64,000 nucleotides of DNA, from NCBI GenBank assembly GCA_002269645.1, contig NIVC01001161.1:1-64000 (forward strand), written 5' to 3'. Made by a program: the position numbers and the translations under genes. This document shows, one piece after another, positions 58,789 to 64,000 of the stretch (position 1 is the first letter of the stretch; every line of letters starts with the position of its first letter). The notes under the pieces are model-generated. The model ran no database searches and was not told where the DNA came from. It worked only from the letters and a program-made list of their open reading frames with translations. Origin of the DNA: Macrostomum lignano (taxonomy: Eukaryota).

Positions 58789-58976
58789 TGCATGCACATA
58801 CATGCACAACCTTGGGAATCACCCGGCTGTTTCTATTAGCAACACACACATGTAAGTTGCTATTGGCTGAGAGCAGTCACGTGACTACTATTCCACCCAA
58901 TAGCAACTTACATTTGTGTGTTGCCAATAGAAATAGCCAAGTGAATCCCTAGGTTGCGCCAAAGTATGTGCATGCA
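58789..58976. repeat. Long imperfect palindrome (MITE-like foldback)
   Basis: Arms of about 59 bp (58808-58866 and about 58897-58955) plus outer TGCATGCACATAC/GTATGTGCATGCA; central GTCACGTGAC. Confidence 0.75.
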
Positions 58977-60557
58977 AATTCACAAGTGATTCAAGCTAGT
59001 GCTGCAACTATTCTATTTGCCAGAACTGGCTCCTAGCAACTACATGCTATTCTTTTAAATTAAAGAACCATTGTGTAGAAAATGATATAGTAAAATTGTT
59101 TGGAAGAATTATCAGTTAGTGGGTGCAAAGGATCCTTACAAAACTATTTTGTGAAGGGTAACTACATAAAGAAAAAAATTCAATTTACTGAACCCTAAGG
59201 CCAGGCTTCAGAATGTTACATATATAGATCAGAAATTTCTAGCATACAAATGACCTCTTTCAAAGTAAGCATACAAATTTTGCTATGCATAAGACAAATT
59301 TTGGGATGCATATAAATTTTGGCATTAACAAATGTATAATTCTATAACATTTTTGTGTAAAGTTAAAAATTTTCTATAATCTAAAAGGTAAAATTTGCAA
59401 TAAATAATTTCTATAGTGAATTGCAATGATTTTATATTTTTTTCCAGAAATGTATAGTCTAACTCCTTTACTCAGCTCCAATATATTTAATATCTTAAAC
59501 TGATTAAGTGACGAAAGTGAGATGGTGGTACAAAGAGATATATGTGCTAGCAACTAATACAATATGAGAATGAAAATATAAAAGGACACATGCAATAAAG
59601 TGTATATACAAATATAATTTTAAAGGACAATGTTGAAAGTAAGCTGGAGTAGATGAGACAAGAAAACAGGAGTCCATATTTGATTTGAATTCTATGATAG
59701 TTTCTTTTTACAATCTATAAAAGGTCAACATACCAAAAACTCAAACTTTGCAGTATACTTTTTGGCAATTTTTTTCAAGAGAAACTGAAAATTGCAATAT
59801 TTTTAAGTAATGCATTGATTGTTTAGGAAACTCACTTGTAAAGTAAAGTGACTTTTTAATAGACGTTTTAGATAATTTAATTTTTTTCCTATTTTAAGTA
59901 TATGTTAATTTGTAAATTTAGCTAATTAGGATTTTTGTTCTAATGTGCACTACTAAAAATATAGACCCTGGTCCTAAGTGCATCTTCTAATTAGGATTAA
60001 ATTAAAGACACCTACAAATATAGAAAATTTTACTAAGTTTATATATATACAAAAATTTTGAAACTTCTTATTTAAATGGCAGTGACTATTTGTCCAATAT
60101 TGGATGAATAATGTAATTATTATTTGTCTAGTATTGGATCAATAAAAGTGAAGTTATTCATCTGGCACAGTATGGACATGGATATATTATAAAAACTTGT
60201 AAAATACAGAGAATACTAAAAAGTAGTATGTAGAACTTACACTTTTAGGCTAGAAGCAGAAAATATTTGTTTCGATTAGATAGTGCTATTTCTTAGAAAT
60301 TCTAGAACTTTGGGCAAAAAATACATGGGCATAGGCCTAGTCTATATGTCATTGCCTAATCCAGCAGTTTTGTATAATTTTTACCTTTATTATATTTCAT
60401 TCTATACATATCAGTATAGTTTCACAGTAAACAGTAGTCATAGTATAGTCAAAATTAATAGTGACATTTGTTGCTATATAACACAAATGCCAAAGTAAGG
60501 ACTTAGAGTTATTACAATAACACTTGGAGTTGTTACAATAAAAAAGTGAAGTCATCA

Positions 60558-60618
60558 CTACAGATTCGAACTCATTACTGACTGATCATCAGGAAGGCAC
60601 TCTAACATCATGCTAGTA
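60558..60618 (-). other. tRNA-derived fragment
   Basis: TAGCATGATG A-box-like sequence and GAGTTCGAATC B-box. Confidence 0.3.
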
Positions 60619-60854
60619 TACCTTGCTAGAAAAGATGCACAGAGTGGCTCATACATGCGCAACTGCTGGCCGACCTGGCCGATCCGGCCACCGTAAATCG
60701 TGGCTGACCAGGGGTAAGTCGCAAAATTGAGTCAACCTAAAACAGAAAAACACAAGAACCAAGAAAGGCAAGAGGAAAGCGAAAGAAAGAGCAGTTCAGG
60801 GAAAATGGTGAAGCAAAAGAAAAACAATTCGCAAAAGAAGCAAACTAAGTTGTA

Positions 60855-61145
60855 AAAATAATCAGGTAAGTCGCAAAAAGGATCAGGTAAGTCGCAAAAG
60901 GATTAGGTAAGTCGCAAAAAGGATTAGGTAAGTCGCAAAAAGGATCAGGTAAGTCGCAAAAAGATTAGGTAAGTCGCAAAAAGGATTAAGTAAGTCGCAA
61001 AAAGGATTAAGTAAGTCGCAAAAAGGATTAAGTAAGTCGCAAAAAGGATTAGGTAAGTCGCAAAAAGGATTTAGTAAGTCGCAAAAAGGATTAAGTAAGT
61101 CGCAAAAAGGATTAAGTAAGTCGCAAAAAGAAGCAACTAAGTCGC
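60855..61145. repeat. 21-bp GGTAAGTCGCAAAAAGGATTA array
   Basis: Period of 21 nt. Confidence 0.92.
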
Positions 61146-61384
61146 AATAAGAGGGAAGTAAGTCACAATCAGAGGCAATCAGGGGGTGGTAGGTGCAAGT
61201 GTGGCAGGAGAGCAAAAACAGAATAGAAGCCTTCAACCACAGACAAGATCTTTGAAATCAGAAGCCCACGTCAACAGTTTCCCATTGATTTCTTAAACTC
61301 TGGAGCAGGGGTTGGCAAGCTCGCGAAGCCCCTCTATCTGGCCCTCGCCCCTCGGGTTCTTTGAAACTTCCTAACCAGCAAGGT

Positions 61385-62065
61385 TGGTGTCTCTTCAACT
61401 CTCATCTCTCTCTTCTTCTCTACCTTGCCTCCCCTCTTCTCTCTCTCCCCCCTTTTCCCTATTCTCTCTCCTCTCATTTTTACTCTCCTCACTTCTCCCC
61501 CTTTCTCTCTACCCTTTCTTCTCAATGCCCTCTTCTCTCCTCTTATCTTCAGCAAAAATATGTGCATATTTTCTTACTTCAAAGTAGAGGGAATAGAAGA
61601 TTAGAGATAAGCAAACAAAGGGGAGGCGAGCGATGCGATGGGAGAAAAGATAGAAGAGGAGAGAAAAGCTGAGGGAGGAAAAAGAGATGAGAGAGAAGAG
61701 GAGATTAGAGGAAAGAGGAAAGAAAAGATGATGGATGAGATCAGAAGAGAGGAAAGAGGAAAGAGGAGAGAGTAGATGAGAGAAGAGAGGATAAAGAGGA
61801 GATGAGAGGAGAGTGAAGAGAGGAGAGATGAGAGAATAGAAAAGAGAGATAAGATGAGAGAGTAGAGTGGAGAGAGACGAGAGGGAAGATAAGATGAGAG
61901 AGTAGAGTGGAATGGAGAGACGAGAGGAGAGATAAGAATGTAGAGAGGAGACAGAAGAGATAGGAGAGGAGAGGAAAGAGAGGAGAGAGGAGAGGAAAGA
62001 GAGAAGGGATAAGGGATGAGAGAGAAAAGAAAAAGAGGATGAGAAGATTGAGGAATGGAGAGAAT
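61385..62065. repeat. CT-rich then GA-rich low-complexity tract
   Basis: Direct inspection. Confidence 0.9.
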
Positions 62066-64000
62066 TTGCAAAGGCCTCAAATCTTAGTTTAACATGCATT
62101 ACTCCCATCTTTGCCTTTTTCCTAACTGTTAACAAGTTTTTGTTTGAGCATGACTTCAAATTTAGAATCTATGCAAAAATAGTTCCGGAAATTGGAATTC
62201 AGTGGTTTAAAAATATGTGGGTTTTTACAGCTTGTATCTCTACTGGATTCGTATTCTGCATCTGATGAGCCATCTGAATCAGGGCTCTCATCTTCCATGC
62301 CAAATCGTCTAGCAAATCGTTCTTGAGCTATAGGTCACACTGTATTCACTTCACTTACTTCTGGACATTCATGAATCATGACTTTTGTAGTATGCTCACT
62401 ACACTGTACTGACAATTTACTAATTGCTTCATGCCGCCACTAGATGACATACTGATTAGCTGTTATAAAAACGCGGAATCTGCACGCAGCACTTATTAGC
62501 TGGCGAGGCATTTAGCTTTAAAAATATGCTCATAGTTACTCCTGCCGTTTACCTAAAGTTTTTGCTTGGCTCTTTTATAGGTAAGTCGCATTTTTTATCG
62601 AAAACTAAGTTGCACGGCCAGCGTAATTTCAGAAGTTGCGCATGTATGGAGTGGCTTATAAATTCATGCAGCTCAGCCAGTACCAGACGAATAACTTCAC
62701 TGTTATTTATCTAGTATCTGACGAACAACTTCACTGTTATTTATCCAGTACCAGACAAATAACTTCACTTTTATTTATCCAGTACTGGATGAATAGGCCT
62801 AGTCACTACATTTTTAAATATATAATTATATATTATGTCTATAAATATCTCTATATATTTATATAAAACTTAAAACAAAAGAAATAATTAAATTCAGCCT
62901 AATTATTAGGCAACATCTACTTTTGAATACAGTATCCTTTTTAGAATTTAGTATATTGTGATTGATTGAAAATAGGCCTATCTATAGCTTAAAGTTTAAA
63001 CCAAAACTATTTTCAAAAAAGGAAACATCCAACATACTTACAGGAATCGACACAAGTTCTTTTAGTTTATCCATTGAATAGTGAGCCTCAAAGTCAAAGT
63101 TTTACTAAATTAGGCCTACTAAGATTAGGCTATTAATTTTAGTTGCTTTACTTAGCTTCACTTAGACAATTGGCCTATAGGTCCCAATGATTTAAAATCG
63201 AGTAAAAACGCTAATTATGAAAAACTATTTACACTATTATAAAATAACTCTTTTGTATCGACCATTGGTTAAATAATTAAAATATGAACACAAAGTGTTT
63301 CACTGTTTCAGTCAGGGAGGCCACGGTTCTATATCTTATTAACATAAGAATAAAAATACAAACGAAGTTATTAGGTATAAAATATGCTATATACTAATAT
63401 AATGTATCATAAGGTAAACCTTTGTTGCTTATCTTGTAGGATGACAAAATGATTTTCTACCGGCAATTAATTAAAGGCAAAGTGGCAAAGCCACACGACA
63501 CAAGTAAGCTAGTCGATCAGTCGTAAAATTTTGGTTTCGTGTAAAAACTGCAAAATAAAAAATGCTACAATGTATAACAAACTGTCAACTTAAGTAAACA
63601 AAATATTGTCAAAGTAGTTATTGTTTATAGCGAATAGTGTTTAAAAGTATAACAACTCTGGTTTAATTTATAATATAGAGTCTATTTAAAACTAATCAAA
63701 CATCAAAGTGCGTTTTTTTGACGCAAGATGATGAATTGTTGTCAATGTGAAATTTCAATTGCAGTCATAGCTTCAAAGCGTAATTTTGCTGTATTTATCA
63801 ACTTTCGATGTTAAGTAGCACTACTCACTTCCCATGATTATGTATTTTTGATCAAATTTGTGTTTATTATATGTTTTATATTTTCATAATTAATGGTGAG
63901 CACATAAGGCCATTTGCCATACACTGCTGCAGCTGCATGGACATGACACGTTTTCAACCCAAAGCAAAACTTTTTAGAAATGCATCACGCCATCAGACAC

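Overview
Eukaryotic (invertebrate, probably flatworm-like; inference from GC-rich exons in satellite-filled introns) genomic window with three well-supported genes. (1) A + strand 16-exon non-NMDA ionotropic glutamate receptor (5220-20271, about 1032 aa once a 1-nt frameshift in exon 11 is corrected). It has a second, highly diverged, phase-matched set of terminal exons (34972-36062) that could replace the end of S2, M4 and the C-tail. (2) An intronless - strand biogenic-amine GPCR resembling alpha-adrenergic-like octopamine receptors (41538-43289). (3) A - strand VPS50/syndetin gene (47763 to at least 58282). Mobile DNA: an internally deleted Ingi/I-group non-LTR element in iGluR intron 1 with an 11-bp TSD, whose 5' end starts exactly at an HDV-like ribozyme fold; and three head-to-tail non-autonomous Helitrons (22228-33903), each carrying a tRNA-Ser-like segment and a minisatellite. 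More than 30 distinct tandem arrays fill the introns, and most long ORFs in the ORF track are artefacts of these arrays. All gene models were built by hand from GT-AG sites, phase matching and remembered family motifs; no database search or folding program was run.
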